64,000 nucleotides of DNA from Methanobacteriota archaeon (GTDB lineage: Archaea > Halobacteriota > Bog-38 > Methanoflorentales > Methanoflorentaceae), in contig OY970393.1 of the NCBI GenBank assembly GCA_963720465.1, positions 1 to 64,000 on the forward strand, in the 5' to 3' direction. Below are positions 18,386-28,657 of this stretch, piece by piece. Below the pieces are notes generated by a model. That model was not told where the DNA came from. It did no database searches and worked only from the letters and a program-made list of their open reading frames with translations. A program made the translations under genes and the position numbers. Positions within the stretch are counted from its first letter, which is position 1. The number at the start of each line of letters is the position of its first letter.

Positions 18386-18991
18386 GTGAACGAAGAAAAA
18401 TGTACACAATGTGGTACTCGTGCAACCCCTGGCGCACAATACTGCGCGGCGTGTGGGGCGGCATTCACCAGCCAAGCACCAGCCGGTGAACCTGGGGAGG
18501 GTGCATATGCACCCTGGGCGGCAAATGAAACACGGGCGCATTACGCGGCCTCGCCGCTATTGCAGGGAGTTGCTATCCGCTTTGTCGCACAACTCGTCGA
18601 TGTAATCATACTTGCTGTCATCTTTTTGATACTGGGCTTCTCCGGCGCTGGCACCATCACCATCAATGCGTCAACAGCACAGGTCTCAATCAGCCCTTTC
18701 TTTGGCTCGCTCATCTTGATCGATATCATCATCGCATTCCTTTACTTCACGCTGCTCGAGGGACGAAACGGACAAACAGTTGGCAAGATGATCGTTAAGA
18801 TCAAGGTAGTAAAAAAAGTGGACCACTCTCCGATCACTTACGCTGAGGCTGCCGTGCGGACGATTTTGCGCATCATCGATCTGATTCCGTTCATCGCCCC
18901 GTATCTACTCGGAGCGGCACTCATCTGGGCATCTGAGTATAAGCAGCGTCTCGGCGATCGCGTCGCAAACACCGTCGTCGTGCCGTCGTGA
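18386..18991 (+). CDS. Zinc-ribbon + RDD-family membrane protein (paralog 4)
   Basis: CTQCG/CAACG and RDD motifs; GTG 18386 after GGAGGTGA. Confidence 0.9.
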   Translation: MNEEKCTQCGTRATPGAQYCAACGAAFTSQAPAGEPGEGAYAPWAANETRAHYAASPLLQGVAIRFVAQLVDVIILAVIFLILGFSGAGTITINASTAQVSISPFFGSLILIDIIIAFLYFTLLEGRNGQTVGKMIVKIKVVKKVDHSPITYAEAAVRTILRIIDLIPFIAPYLLGAALIWASEYKQRLGDRVANTVVVPS

Positions 18992-19286
18992 GTCCTCGCC
19001 TTGCACGCCTTCAATGCGCCACGCGTGGCCCGATTGGCACACAAGCTTTGCCCAGTCCGTCAGTGAAAGTTCGCCCTTTTTCCGACGCGGTCGGCGGTCG
19101 CGTGTTTTAAGCACCGACGAATCCGAGGAACAGATAAGCGCCTCAATGTTCTCGCAGTAGCGGCGGACGCGAGAGGAGCGTGCGCCACACGTCTTCGCAG
19201 CGAGGTGAAAGCGTGCTTACGTGGTCAAAAGATAGTGACTTATCTATGTTCGGTTCGTAAGAGTAATACGCATTCAAGGAGGCAGC

Positions 19287-20141
19287 ATGAAAGTCTTAGG
19301 AGGTCCAGCTTCTCAATTGCTCGGTTCGCGGGTTGCGCGCGAAATCGGGTGCGCACTCGCCATTGTTGAATTTAAGCAGTTTCCTGATGGTGAACTGTAT
19401 TTGCGCATCGCAGAGGAACTCGACGGCGACACGCTCATCGTGCAGAGTACGACAACGAATGACGATATCGTTTACCTTCTACAGCTCATCGACGCCGCCT
19501 CTGACGGCTACCTGAGGGCGGTGATTCCTTATTTTGGCTATGCGCGGCAAGATAAGCGATTCAAGCTCGGCGAACCGGTCAGCGCTCGTGCCATCGCGCG
19601 GACGATCGACGTTGACGAAGCTTATGTTGTCAACATCCACGACCCCGCCTCGCTTGACCATTTTCAGCTCCGAAGTGGCAAAAAGGCGGCGAACCTGTCT
19701 GCTGCAGGCCTCGTTGGCACGTACTTGAAGAGTATGGAGTTCCCGTCACCCTTGCTCATCGCTCCTGACGAAGGCGCCACCGCCTTAGTGCGCGACGTTG
19801 CTCAGGCCATGGGCTGCGAGTTCGACGTGCTAGTCAAGAAGCGGGTGACATCTGAACTCGTTGAGATACAACCAAAGACTGTGGACGTCGACGAACGCGA
19901 CCTGGTCATCGTAGACGACATGATATCAACCGGGGGTACGATGGCCGAAGCGATCAAGCTTCTGCGAGGACAAGGGGCGCGGCAGGTGCACGTTGCGTGC
20001 ATTCACCCTGTTCTCTCTCTGAATGCGCGGCTTCGCCTATATCGCGCAGGGGTCGACAGCATCATAGCGACCGACACTATCGAAAAAGCGGAGAGTAGCA
20101 TAACCGTCGCGCCGCTAATAAAGCAAGGCGTGGGACTTTAG
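19287..20141 (+). CDS. prs: Ribose-phosphate pyrophosphokinase
   Basis: FPDGE, PYFGYARQD and IVDDMISTGGT motifs. Confidence 0.97.
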   Translation: MKVLGGPASQLLGSRVAREIGCALAIVEFKQFPDGELYLRIAEELDGDTLIVQSTTTNDDIVYLLQLIDAASDGYLRAVIPYFGYARQDKRFKLGEPVSARAIARTIDVDEAYVVNIHDPASLDHFQLRSGKKAANLSAAGLVGTYLKSMEFPSPLLIAPDEGATALVRDVAQAMGCEFDVLVKKRVTSELVEIQPKTVDVDERDLVIVDDMISTGGTMAEAIKLLRGQGARQVHVACIHPVLSLNARLRLYRAGVDSIIATDTIEKAESSITVAPLIKQGVGL

Positions 20142-20542
20142 CGACGAACAAGCGAATCGCTGATGATCTGTGCGTGATCAAATGCCAGCGGCGGCAGGTC
20201 GGCGATATCCCAAAGCATCGCTTCACTTGCATCAGAGCCGGCTGCTCGCGTACCTCCCACTATATCCGCCGCAAACGCGATTGAGACGACATGTCCGCGA
20301 GGATCGCGATCAGGGTCGGAATAAACGCCCACGAGTGATTTTATCTTCGCAACGAGTCCAGTTTCCTCGAGGACTTCGCGCCGCACGGCTGCCTCAACGG
20401 TTTCGCCGTATTCCACAAAACCGCCTGGAAGTGCATATTGTCCTCGATACGGCTCGCGCTTTCGTTTTATCAGCAAGATCTTTTTGTTTTTCACTATCAC
20501 TGCGTCAACGGTGAGCGCCGGATTCCTGTGCATCAGGTGCAT
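20138..20542 (-). CDS. NUDIX hydrolase
   Basis: Nudix box GGFVEYGETVEAAVRREVLEETG; RDPRGH and AFDH motifs. Confidence 0.93.
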   Translation of the reverse strand: MHLMHRNPALTVDAVIVKNKKILLIKRKREPYRGQYALPGGFVEYGETVEAAVRREVLEETGLVAKIKSLVGVYSDPDRDPRGHVVSIAFAADIVGGTRAAGSDASEAMLWDIADLPPLAFDHAQIISDSLVRR

Positions 20543-20669
20543 AGTGAGAGCGTCGATACTTGAGGCTGCCGATTAACTGCCAAGCGGGGCGTTTCAGCAA
20601 AAAAGCCCGATAGCGCTACCGACCTCTGCCGCCGTCGCAACCGTAAAAGCTATTCGGCTCACGCCCTAT

Positions 20670-21860
20670 TTGTTCTCAATGTATGACGTTTATGCGATAC
20701 GGAAGGATTTCCCGGTTCTCGAGCGCGTCGTGTATCTCGATAACGCTTCGACCAGCCAGACGCCGAAACCCGCTGTCGAGGCGATGAACGAGTACTTCTT
20801 TCGCTACGCTGGCAACTACGGAAGGGGAGCGCACCGCTTGGCCCAGCAGACGACTGAACACTACGAAGCCGCACGCGAGACGGCAGCTGATTTTTTTACA
20901 AGTGAGCCTCGCAACGTTATCTTCACCAAAAACACGACGGAGAGCATCAACATCGTCGCTCACGGTCAGGATTGGACGCCCGGAGACCACGTCATCACGT
21001 CGATGATTGAACATCACTCGAACTACCTGCCGTGGGTTGCTCTCCGTGCGCGAGGCGTCGTGCTCGACTTAATTGAAGCGAATCAGGAAGGCATCGTTGA
21101 TGCTTCTAAGATAGAGAAAGCAATCACTGACAGAACCAAGCTCATCGCGCTTTCTCACGTGTCAAACGTCTTTGGTTCTGTCCAAGACATAAGCCGTATA
21201 GTCAAGATTGGGCGTAAGAACGATGTGCCAGTGTTGATAGACGCAGCGCAGTCTGCTGGTCATATGGATCTGTCCGTCAAAGACTTGAAATGCGACTATC
21301 TAGCCGTGCCGGGCCACAAGGGGCTGCTCGGTCCGCAAGGGACGGGCATCTTGATCCTGCGTGATCCGGAGGAGCTGCGTCCAACTGTGCTCGGCGGCGG
21401 CGCGGTCGAATGGGTGCGCGGCTGCGAATATGAACTGCTCGAACCGCCCGCCCGTTTTGAAGCGGGTACTCCCAACATACCGGGAGTCATCGGCCTCGGG
21501 CGATCCGTGGAATACGTTAGCGCGCTGGGCGTTGCAAACGTCGAAAAGCACGTCGAGATGCTGGCGAGAGTCGCCGCAAAGAAATTGGCAGAAATCGATA
21601 ACGTGACGGTCTATGGGCCAAAAGACCGCGCTGCGGTGGTTCCCTTCAATGTCGGAGAGCTTAACCCGCACGACGTTTCGATGATCCTGGATGAGACAAG
21701 CAAGATCTGCACGAGGAGCGGGTACCACTGCGCTATGCCGGCCTTAGTGTCTCTTGGCATCAACGGAACCGTCCGGGCGTCGTTCGGGGCGTATAATACG
21801 GCTGAAGAGGTCGACCTTTTAGCAGGATCGGTGAGTCTTATTGCGACCTCGCTCGTCTAA
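20670..21860 (+). CDS. SufS-like cysteine desulfurase (class V PLP enzyme)
   Basis: YLDNASTS, EHHSN, PGHKGLLGP and RSGYHCA motifs. Confidence 0.92.
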   Translation: MFSMYDVYAIRKDFPVLERVVYLDNASTSQTPKPAVEAMNEYFFRYAGNYGRGAHRLAQQTTEHYEAARETAADFFTSEPRNVIFTKNTTESINIVAHGQDWTPGDHVITSMIEHHSNYLPWVALRARGVVLDLIEANQEGIVDASKIEKAITDRTKLIALSHVSNVFGSVQDISRIVKIGRKNDVPVLIDAAQSAGHMDLSVKDLKCDYLAVPGHKGLLGPQGTGILILRDPEELRPTVLGGGAVEWVRGCEYELLEPPARFEAGTPNIPGVIGLGRSVEYVSALGVANVEKHVEMLARVAAKKLAEIDNVTVYGPKDRAAVVPFNVGELNPHDVSMILDETSKICTRSGYHCAMPALVSLGINGTVRASFGAYNTAEEVDLLAGSVSLIATSLV

Positions 21861-22669
21861 TCCGGCGCGTCAAGTTCAAGGCTGAAATCGAGCCACCGCG
21901 ACGAGTGAGTTAGGTACCCGAGCGAGAGCACGTCGACGCCGGTCGCAGCGTATTTCCTGACGTTGTCGGGCCTGATGCCGCCTGACGCTTCGAGTAGCAC
22001 GTTGCCGCGCAAATTGAGCTCCGTCAATTTGCTAACGGCCGCGGTGATCTGTTCGACGTCCATGTCGTCGAACATGATGATGTCTGCCCCAAGCTCTGCT
22101 GCCTTAACGCACTCGTCAACGGATTCGACTTCGATTTCCACTTTCTTCGTGAAGAACGTCTTTTGCCGCAGGGCGTCTTCTGCAGACATTACTTTCAGAT
22201 GGTTATCCTTGAATAGATAAGCCTCAGAGAGGGAGTAGCGGTGTGGGTCTCCTCCTCCGATCGCAACCGCTTTTTTTTCATAAAGTCTGAAGCCCGGCGT
22301 GGTCTTCCGGGTCGCAGCAACAGTCACCGTGCCAGCGGCTTTTGCACAGCGGCGCGTGATCGTGGCAATGCCACTCATGTGGCAAAGGAAGTTGAGCGCG
22401 ACGCGTTCAGTGACAAGAATATCCCTGACCGCTCCTACCACTCGTAAAATGATATCGTCTTTCTTTATGCCGTCTCCATCGCAGCACAGCGGGGCGGTCA
22501 CGAGGTTATGGTACGAAAAAATGCTTTGTGCCTCTGATAAGCCTGCTACGACTCCGTCTTCGTGTGCGATCACGTTTGCAGACCCCTCGACGTCGGGCAG
22601 AAGAGCGGTCGTTATGTCGCCAAATCCTTCATCCTCAGCCAGAAACCTCTCAATGTCGCGTGAATTCAA
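21857..22669 (-). CDS. nadC: Quinolinate phosphoribosyltransferase
   Basis: TRKTTPG, HRYSL, KDNH and EASGGI motifs. Confidence 0.96.
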   Translation of the reverse strand: MNSRDIERFLAEDEGFGDITTALLPDVEGSANVIAHEDGVVAGLSEAQSIFSYHNLVTAPLCCDGDGIKKDDIILRVVGAVRDILVTERVALNFLCHMSGIATITRRCAKAAGTVTVAATRKTTPGFRLYEKKAVAIGGGDPHRYSLSEAYLFKDNHLKVMSAEDALRQKTFFTKKVEIEVESVDECVKAAELGADIIMFDDMDVEQITAAVSKLTELNLRGNVLLEASGGIRPDNVRKYAATGVDVLSLGYLTHSSRWLDFSLELDAPD

Positions 22670-22719
22670 ACGATCACCACATACGCTTTTCTATCTTAAC
22701 TACCTTAAAGGATTTCAAG

Positions 22720-23514
22720 ATGATCATCGGAATTATTGGATGTGGCGTGATAGGAACCGAAATCTGTCGTGCGCTGGGGGCTGATGATTTCCGGAGCAAA
22801 CTCCTCCTTATGGACAGGCACCTTGATCGCGCTCAGCATCTGGCAGATGTGACCCCTGCGGCATCGGCCGTCGTCTCACTGTTCGACGTCATCGACCAAG
22901 CTGACCTCGTCGTGGAATGCGCCTCAATCCAGGCAGCACGCGATATCGCGCTCACCGTTTTGACAAAGGGTACGGATTTGATGCTGCTCAGTATCGGCGC
23001 GCTGGTTGACGCGGACTTTCGACATCAGGTATACGCGGCAGCGCGTGCGCACGACTGTCGCCTTTATGTCCCATCAGGCGCCATCGGGAGCATCGACGCA
23101 CTCCTTGCGGCATCACAAGGGACGATCAACCGGGTGACCCTCACTACGACCAAGCCTTCAGCGGGCCTCGAAACCGCCCCCTACGTCATCCGTAATACCA
23201 CTGATCTGTCCCGCCCCACCCTCATATTTGAAGGTACCGCCGATGAGGCGATTCAAGGCTTCCCACAAAATATTAACGTCTCAGCGACGCTCGCGTTAGC
23301 TGGCGTCGGATTTGACCGAACGATCGTTCGCATCGCCGTTGATCCAGCGCTGACAAGAAACGTGCACGTCGTCGAAGTCGAAGGGGATTTTGGGACGTTT
23401 ACTGCCCAATTTGACAACGTTCCGGCCGAAAATGAGCGCACGAGCAAGCTCGCGGCGTACTCAGCGGTCGCGTCACTCAAGAAAATTACCGATGCGGTCA
23501 AGCTCGGAACGTAA
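22720..23514 (+). CDS. nadX: L-aspartate dehydrogenase
   Basis: GCGVIG, VVECAS, PSGAIG and FPQNINV motifs; divergent from nadC. Confidence 0.93.
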   Translation: MIIGIIGCGVIGTEICRALGADDFRSKLLLMDRHLDRAQHLADVTPAASAVVSLFDVIDQADLVVECASIQAARDIALTVLTKGTDLMLLSIGALVDADFRHQVYAAARAHDCRLYVPSGAIGSIDALLAASQGTINRVTLTTTKPSAGLETAPYVIRNTTDLSRPTLIFEGTADEAIQGFPQNINVSATLALAGVGFDRTIVRIAVDPALTRNVHVVEVEGDFGTFTAQFDNVPAENERTSKLAAYSAVASLKKITDAVKLGT

Positions 23515-23552
23515 ACCCGTCAGATCTAAGAGAAGCTGATTCGATTAGGCCC

Positions 23553-24383
23553 ATGCGATCACGCACCCGCACGTACATTGCAGAGATACGGGTCGTCAAC
23601 TGTCTGATGGCGGCATTTGCTTCGCTCATTGGCGTCTTTGTGAGCAAGGCGCCGCTCGCCTACGGCGTCATTGTGCCGGCGCTTTTGGCATTCGTCGCGG
23701 TGTTTCTCGTCACCGCCGGGGGCAACGTCATCAACGACTACTTTGATGTCGATATTGACCGTGTCAACAAGCCACGTCGCGCCCTTCCAAGCGGGCTCAT
23801 CGCGCGGCGCAGTGCGCTCATATATGCACTCACGCTCTTGCTTTTCGGCGTTGCTGCGTCTCTATTCATCAACCCGGTCTGTTCTGGGCTAGCGGCGCTT
23901 AACGCCGTGCTCCTCGTCTTATACGCGTGGAAGCTGAAGAGATCGGTGCTCATCGGCAACCTGTTGATTGGATACCTGGCGGGGTCGATCTTTCTGTTCG
24001 GCGGGGCAGCCGTTTATTCGTTCTTCATTCCTGGTGTGCTCTTTGTGAGCGCAATGCTCGCAATCACCTCACGTGAAGTCGTTAAGGATATTGAGGATCT
24101 CACGGGGGACCGGCGAGCGGGCGCGTCGACGTTGCCTATTCGGTATGGGGTGTCCCGTTCGCTAGCAGCTGCTGCACTTTTCATGCTCGCGGCGGTTGCC
24201 GTCAGCCCTCTGCCGTTCATTATCGGTGCGTCCGGTTATCTCTACCTTGTAATCGTCATTGCGGCTGACGTGACGCTCCTGTATGGCATCGTGCTCTCAA
24301 GGAGCGCTCCGGCGAGGGCGTCAACCGTTATTAAGTACGGCATGCTCGTGGTATTGCTCGCCTACGTCGTCGGTGGGATATAA
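23553..24383 (+). CDS. Digeranylgeranylglyceryl-phosphate synthase (UbiA family)
   Basis: INDYFDVDIDRVNKPRR and REVVKDIEDLTGD motifs. Confidence 0.9.
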   Translation: MRSRTRTYIAEIRVVNCLMAAFASLIGVFVSKAPLAYGVIVPALLAFVAVFLVTAGGNVINDYFDVDIDRVNKPRRALPSGLIARRSALIYALTLLLFGVAASLFINPVCSGLAALNAVLLVLYAWKLKRSVLIGNLLIGYLAGSIFLFGGAAVYSFFIPGVLFVSAMLAITSREVVKDIEDLTGDRRAGASTLPIRYGVSRSLAAAALFMLAAVAVSPLPFIIGASGYLYLVIVIAADVTLLYGIVLSRSAPARASTVIKYGMLVVLLAYVVGGI

Positions 24384-24470
24384 CGTATTACAGGCCAAAA
24401 AAGTAAATAGCTCTTCGGCTGAAATACGGTTGCATTTGAGGCACGGACTTTACAGAGGCCTCGGTGGATC

Positions 24471-24911
24471 ATGAAAGCGGATGACGCAGCACGCCTTGTT
24501 CGAAAGCACGTTAAGAGCAACACGTACATTATAAAGGATGACGCATTTTTTGAAAAGAGCGTTCACGTGCGCGGTAGTCTGATCACCGGCACTCACGTCG
24601 GCTTTTGGGGCGATCTGATCGTCGAAGGGTCGTTTAGTCTAGGCAACAGGTCGACCGTTCGCGGGAACGTTAGGGCCGAAAGTGCTTTTATTGGAAACGA
24701 CGCTGAGATAAGCGGCATATTGACGACGACGGATGACACGACGCTTTTGGAAGGGGTCCGCCTAAGAGAGATAGACAGCTCCGGGAGTGTTACGATCAAG
24801 CCTGACGCGGTCATTGACCGGATTGTTGCAGAAGGAAACGTGGAGATATATGGGAAGGCAAGCATTGGCTATATCTCTACCAAGGGCAAGGTCATCGTGC
24901 GAAAGACGTAG
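24471..24911 (+). CDS. Bactofilin-like beta-helix protein
   Basis: Repeating V/I-x-G-x-L pattern (VRGSL, FWGDL, VRGNV). Confidence 0.65.
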   Translation: MKADDAARLVRKHVKSNTYIIKDDAFFEKSVHVRGSLITGTHVGFWGDLIVEGSFSLGNRSTVRGNVRAESAFIGNDAEISGILTTTDDTTLLEGVRLREIDSSGSVTIKPDAVIDRIVAEGNVEIYGKASIGYISTKGKVIVRKT

Positions 24912-24969
24912 CCGGCCCCGGTGGACCTTGCGCGGCCAAACGCTGCCCGACGACACTCTCAGTGGCGCT

Positions 24970-27237
24970 TCACGTTGCAAACAGTTTCAAATCGTAGCTC
25001 CCGCTTTTGGCCATAGCGGTGAGAATTGCCTGGCCGAACGAAATGCCTCCGTCCCCTCGGGGAACCTTTGTATTGGTAAAGAGGGCGAGGTCGCGCTCAT
25101 CACACACCTCGTTGACCGTCGTGACAATCGCCTTGTTATACGCGACGCCGCCAGATAGTCCGATGTTACTCGTTCCGATAGCTTCTGCTGCGTCGGCGGC
25201 TATCGTTGCAATCCCGCGCGCGATCGTGACCTGCGCCGAGGCGGCAATGTTCTTTGTGCTTTTGCCTTGTTTTTTCGCGTGGAGGATTTCGGCCAGCACC
25301 GATCGAGTGTCGAGGATCGGTCGATCCTGGTAGGTTGAAATCTCGAGCGGCATCGCGACGTCCGGGTAACCGTAGCGCGCGACGCCCTCCAACGTCATCG
25401 CTGGTTCGCCGTCGTAGGTCCGCTTTTGACATATCCCAAGCGCTGCAGAAACAGCATCAAGCACGCGCCCGGTGCTTGAGGTCATCGGGACGTTTACTTT
25501 CCGTTCAATTTGCTGCAGGAGAATCAACGACTCGAGTTCGCTAAGACCAAGGGAGGTGAGCGTCGCTGCAAGCTCTCGCTCATCGCAGATGCTGTGCAGG
25601 ATGCCAGCTACCATCCGCACAGGATGCCTCGTGGCCAAATCGCCTCCTGGCATCGGCACCGGTATGAGACTCCCCACCCGTTCCAGGGTGGGCAGGAATA
25701 CCTCCCCGCCCCAAATAGTGCCGTCGTACCCGTAGCCAATACCATCGATGGCGATACCTATAAGGTTATCTGGGGCGCCCTCGCCAATGAGTGACGCGAT
25801 ATGCGCTTGGTGGTGTTGAACGGCGTAAGCGGCCCCGAGCTCGGCAGCGAGACGCGTGGAGCGTAAGGTCGGATGGTAGTCGTGCGCGATAACGCTCACG
25901 TCGACGCCGCTCATTTCGATAAGGCTGTGGACGGAAGCTTCAAGGTAGTCGAAGGTCTTCGGCTTGTCGATGTTACCCACGTGTTGGCTGATATAGCATC
26001 GGCCGTCTTTATAGGTCGTCACGGTCGCGTTCATCTCTGCGCCAAGCGCGAGAATGTTCTTGTCGTACGCTACAGGCACTGCAAATGAGACGGGTGCGTA
26101 CCCGCGTGACATCCTGATAAATGCAGGCTGGTCGAGCACTCGCATTACCGAGTCGTCACAGCGGTTGACTATCCGTCGATTGTGGAGGAGGAAAAAATCG
26201 GCCTTCTCTCGCAGGTTTGCGAGAGCGTCATCAGTGGCGATAATCATCGGCTCGCCCGGCGTATTCGCGCTCGTCATGATGAGTGGCTGATCTACAATAT
26301 CAAAGAGGAGGTAGTGGAGGCCGCTATAGGGAAGCATTACGCCTATGTTATGGAGATTCGAGACTTCGATGAACGTGCCTTCAACACGTTTATCTAAAAC
26401 CATAATGGGCCGTTTGTTTGACGTGAGCAGTGCGCGCTCGTCTTCGGTTGCGAGGAGATTGTCCTCAACCCACATCTCGCTCGGTGCCATAATCGCTAGG
26501 GGCTGCGTAGGTCTGCCCAAACGTCGCTTTAGCTCTCTTGCGGAATCGAAGACGCAGGCGAGGTGAAAGCCGCCAATCCCTTTTATCGCCAGAATGTGAC
26601 CTTCAAGCAGCAATCGCCCGGCCGTGCTAATTGGCTCGTTCAAGCGCTGCAAATCCCGGTCGACCAGCGCGAGCGTCGGGCCACAGCGTTCGCACGCAAT
26701 GGTTTGCGCGTGATGACGACGATCTTTTGGGTTGCGGTACTCCCGTTCACATTCCGAGCACATGGGAAAGTCGATCATCGAGGTCGTCTCGCGGTCATAC
26801 GGGAGTCTCTCGGTCACGGTGAATCGTGGACCGCAATTTACGCACGAAGTGGCCCAGTATTCTTCGTACCTCCTGCTTTCCCTCAAATCCCGCAGACAGT
26901 CGTCACAGATCGCGATGTCTGGCGACGTGAAGCCAAACTCGCCCTCGCCGCTGGCCGCAATGGTGAACTCGGTGTAGTTGCGTGGACGGCCCCATTCCAC
27001 GCTTACATCATCAATGCGAGCGATGGGTGGGCCCTGTCTGAGAAATTCGATGAACTGAACTATAGCGGTGCGCGATCCCTCGACCTCAATGTCTACCTGC
27101 GCACCGAGGTTCTTGACGTAGCCAGTCAGGTGCAGTTCTGTCGCGTGCGCATAAACGAACGGCCTGAAGCCTACTCCTTGCACAACGCCCTTCACACGTA
27201 TCTTCGCTCGTATGCGCTCGCTCGCCGGTGGTTCCAT
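24970..27237 (-). CDS. hypF: Hydrogenase maturation carbamoyltransferase
   Basis: VQGVGFRP, two Zn-finger repeats, KGIGGFH, QHHQAH and DGGISFGQ motifs. Confidence 0.98.
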   Translation of the reverse strand: MEPPASERIRAKIRVKGVVQGVGFRPFVYAHATELHLTGYVKNLGAQVDIEVEGSRTAIVQFIEFLRQGPPIARIDDVSVEWGRPRNYTEFTIAASGEGEFGFTSPDIAICDDCLRDLRESRRYEEYWATSCVNCGPRFTVTERLPYDRETTSMIDFPMCSECEREYRNPKDRRHHAQTIACERCGPTLALVDRDLQRLNEPISTAGRLLLEGHILAIKGIGGFHLACVFDSARELKRRLGRPTQPLAIMAPSEMWVEDNLLATEDERALLTSNKRPIMVLDKRVEGTFIEVSNLHNIGVMLPYSGLHYLLFDIVDQPLIMTSANTPGEPMIIATDDALANLREKADFFLLHNRRIVNRCDDSVMRVLDQPAFIRMSRGYAPVSFAVPVAYDKNILALGAEMNATVTTYKDGRCYISQHVGNIDKPKTFDYLEASVHSLIEMSGVDVSVIAHDYHPTLRSTRLAAELGAAYAVQHHQAHIASLIGEGAPDNLIGIAIDGIGYGYDGTIWGGEVFLPTLERVGSLIPVPMPGGDLATRHPVRMVAGILHSICDERELAATLTSLGLSELESLILLQQIERKVNVPMTSSTGRVLDAVSAALGICQKRTYDGEPAMTLEGVARYGYPDVAMPLEISTYQDRPILDTRSVLAEILHAKKQGKSTKNIAASAQVTIARGIATIAADAAEAIGTSNIGLSGGVAYNKAIVTTVNEVCDERDLALFTNTKVPRGDGGISFGQAILTAMAKSGSYDLKLFAT

Positions 27238-27355
27238 GATGATCCAATTGCCGCAATTCGTGTTGCATTCTATAAACGCGTTCCTATCTAATGTCTATTC
27301 CGGAGTTCAAAAAGTTTAATTACTTTTGCGACGTTCTACCATGCGAGGTAGTCAC

Positions 27356-27859
27356 ATGAACAACAGGACCCGCATCGTTAATGACCCGGCTGATCTAGTC
27401 CCGCTCCTACGAGTTTTTAAGTCCGACGCCCACAAGAAGGTCTTTAGCTCACTGCTTAATGGCTGGAGAACCGAAGACGAACTAAGGGAGATGTTGCAGG
27501 AAGATATCTATTACAGCCTCGACATGCTTCAAAGGACTGGCCTCGTGGAGACCAAGTGGCGCATGCCAGAGCAAGGAAATACGCCGCAAATTGAATACCA
27601 CACTTCTTATTCGAAACTTCGTGCCGACTTTCAGTGTTCGATTTCTGATATATGTGACCTCATCCGTATCGCGATCACCGATGACGAAACGCTGCGCGAC
27701 GTGGCCGATGCTATGGAATTCGAGGTGAGAAATGGCAATAGTTCAGTCCAAAACCTTTCACGCACCCTGAACCAGAGCCCGACGTTTCTCAGGGGCATCG
27801 CCAAACGGTCGCAGAATCTACTGGTAAAGGGTCATCGATTTGAGCTGGCTAAAAGATAG
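27356..27859 (+). CDS. Archaeal ArsR-like winged-helix regulator
   Basis: RIVNDPADLVPLL and GLVETKWRMP, recognised from a family common in methanogen-related archaea. Confidence 0.8.
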   Translation: MNNRTRIVNDPADLVPLLRVFKSDAHKKVFSSLLNGWRTEDELREMLQEDIYYSLDMLQRTGLVETKWRMPEQGNTPQIEYHTSYSKLRADFQCSISDICDLIRIAITDDETLRDVADAMEFEVRNGNSSVQNLSRTLNQSPTFLRGIAKRSQNLLVKGHRFELAKR

Positions 27860-27874
27860 CCTCTTTTTTTGCCG

Positions 27875-28657
27875 ATGAAAAAAGGAAAGAGCACCAAGAT
27901 GCAGGTGCTTGTTGAAGTAGCCGCGCTCCAGCCCAAGATCCGGCAAAGAGAAGTTGCTGACCGGGTTGGGGTCACGCCTCAAGCGGTCTCCGAGCACCTC
28001 AAGGAGCTTGCCACAGACGGGTACGTGAAGTTTGACAAGCGTGGACAGTACGAGGTCACCAAGGCAGGCATTGAGCTCATCATCGAGTGGACGAACGAGC
28101 TCAACAAGTACATACGATATGTCACGGAAGACGTCGTAGGCAAGGTGGCAGTGTGGACGGCTATCGCGGAAGAAGACGTCAGCAAAGGGACAATCGTGGG
28201 GCTGAAGATGCGCGATGGCTTTCTTTATGCGTTTCACTCGGACAGCGATGAGTCGCGCGCGCGCGGAACCACGATAGGTGATGCGCGCACCGGCGACGAC
28301 GTCGGCGTCGAGCACTTGAGTGGGATCATTCCAATGGACCGAGCGCACGTGACGATCGCAGTCGTTCCTCGGGTTCAACGAGGTGGGTCAGCGGCCGTGG
28401 ATCTGGAAGGGCTAAGGCGGATTGCGGCGGGCAAGCCTGTCGCGATTCTTGGTTTGGAAGCGCTGGTTTCGGCAAGAAAAGCGGGCATTTCACCCTTGAT
28501 GCAGTACGGTGCCGCTGAGGGCGTCATCGAAGCGGCATTTCGGGGGCTCTCAACAGTGGTCGTCGCGGTCGATGAGGCGGTACCGCCTCTCATCGCGAAC
28601 CTCATGTCTCACGAAATCTCCTACGAATCCGTCGATCTCAGCGCAGGAAACCAGTAA
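27875..28657 (+). CDS. Winged-helix transcriptional regulator
   Basis: RQREVADRVGVTPQAVSEHLKEL helix-turn-helix. Confidence 0.85.
   Translation: MKKGKSTKMQVLVEVAALQPKIRQREVADRVGVTPQAVSEHLKELATDGYVKFDKRGQYEVTKAGIELIIEWTNELNKYIRYVTEDVVGKVAVWTAIAEEDVSKGTIVGLKMRDGFLYAFHSDSDESRARGTTIGDARTGDDVGVEHLSGIIPMDRAHVTIAVVPRVQRGGSAAVDLEGLRRIAAGKPVAILGLEALVSARKAGISPLMQYGAAEGVIEAAFRGLSTVVVAVDEAVPPLIANLMSHEISYESVDLSAGNQ

Noticed and set aside
24970-27237. hypF without adjacent hydrogenase genes
   Set aside because: Dispersed hyp genes are normal in archaea.
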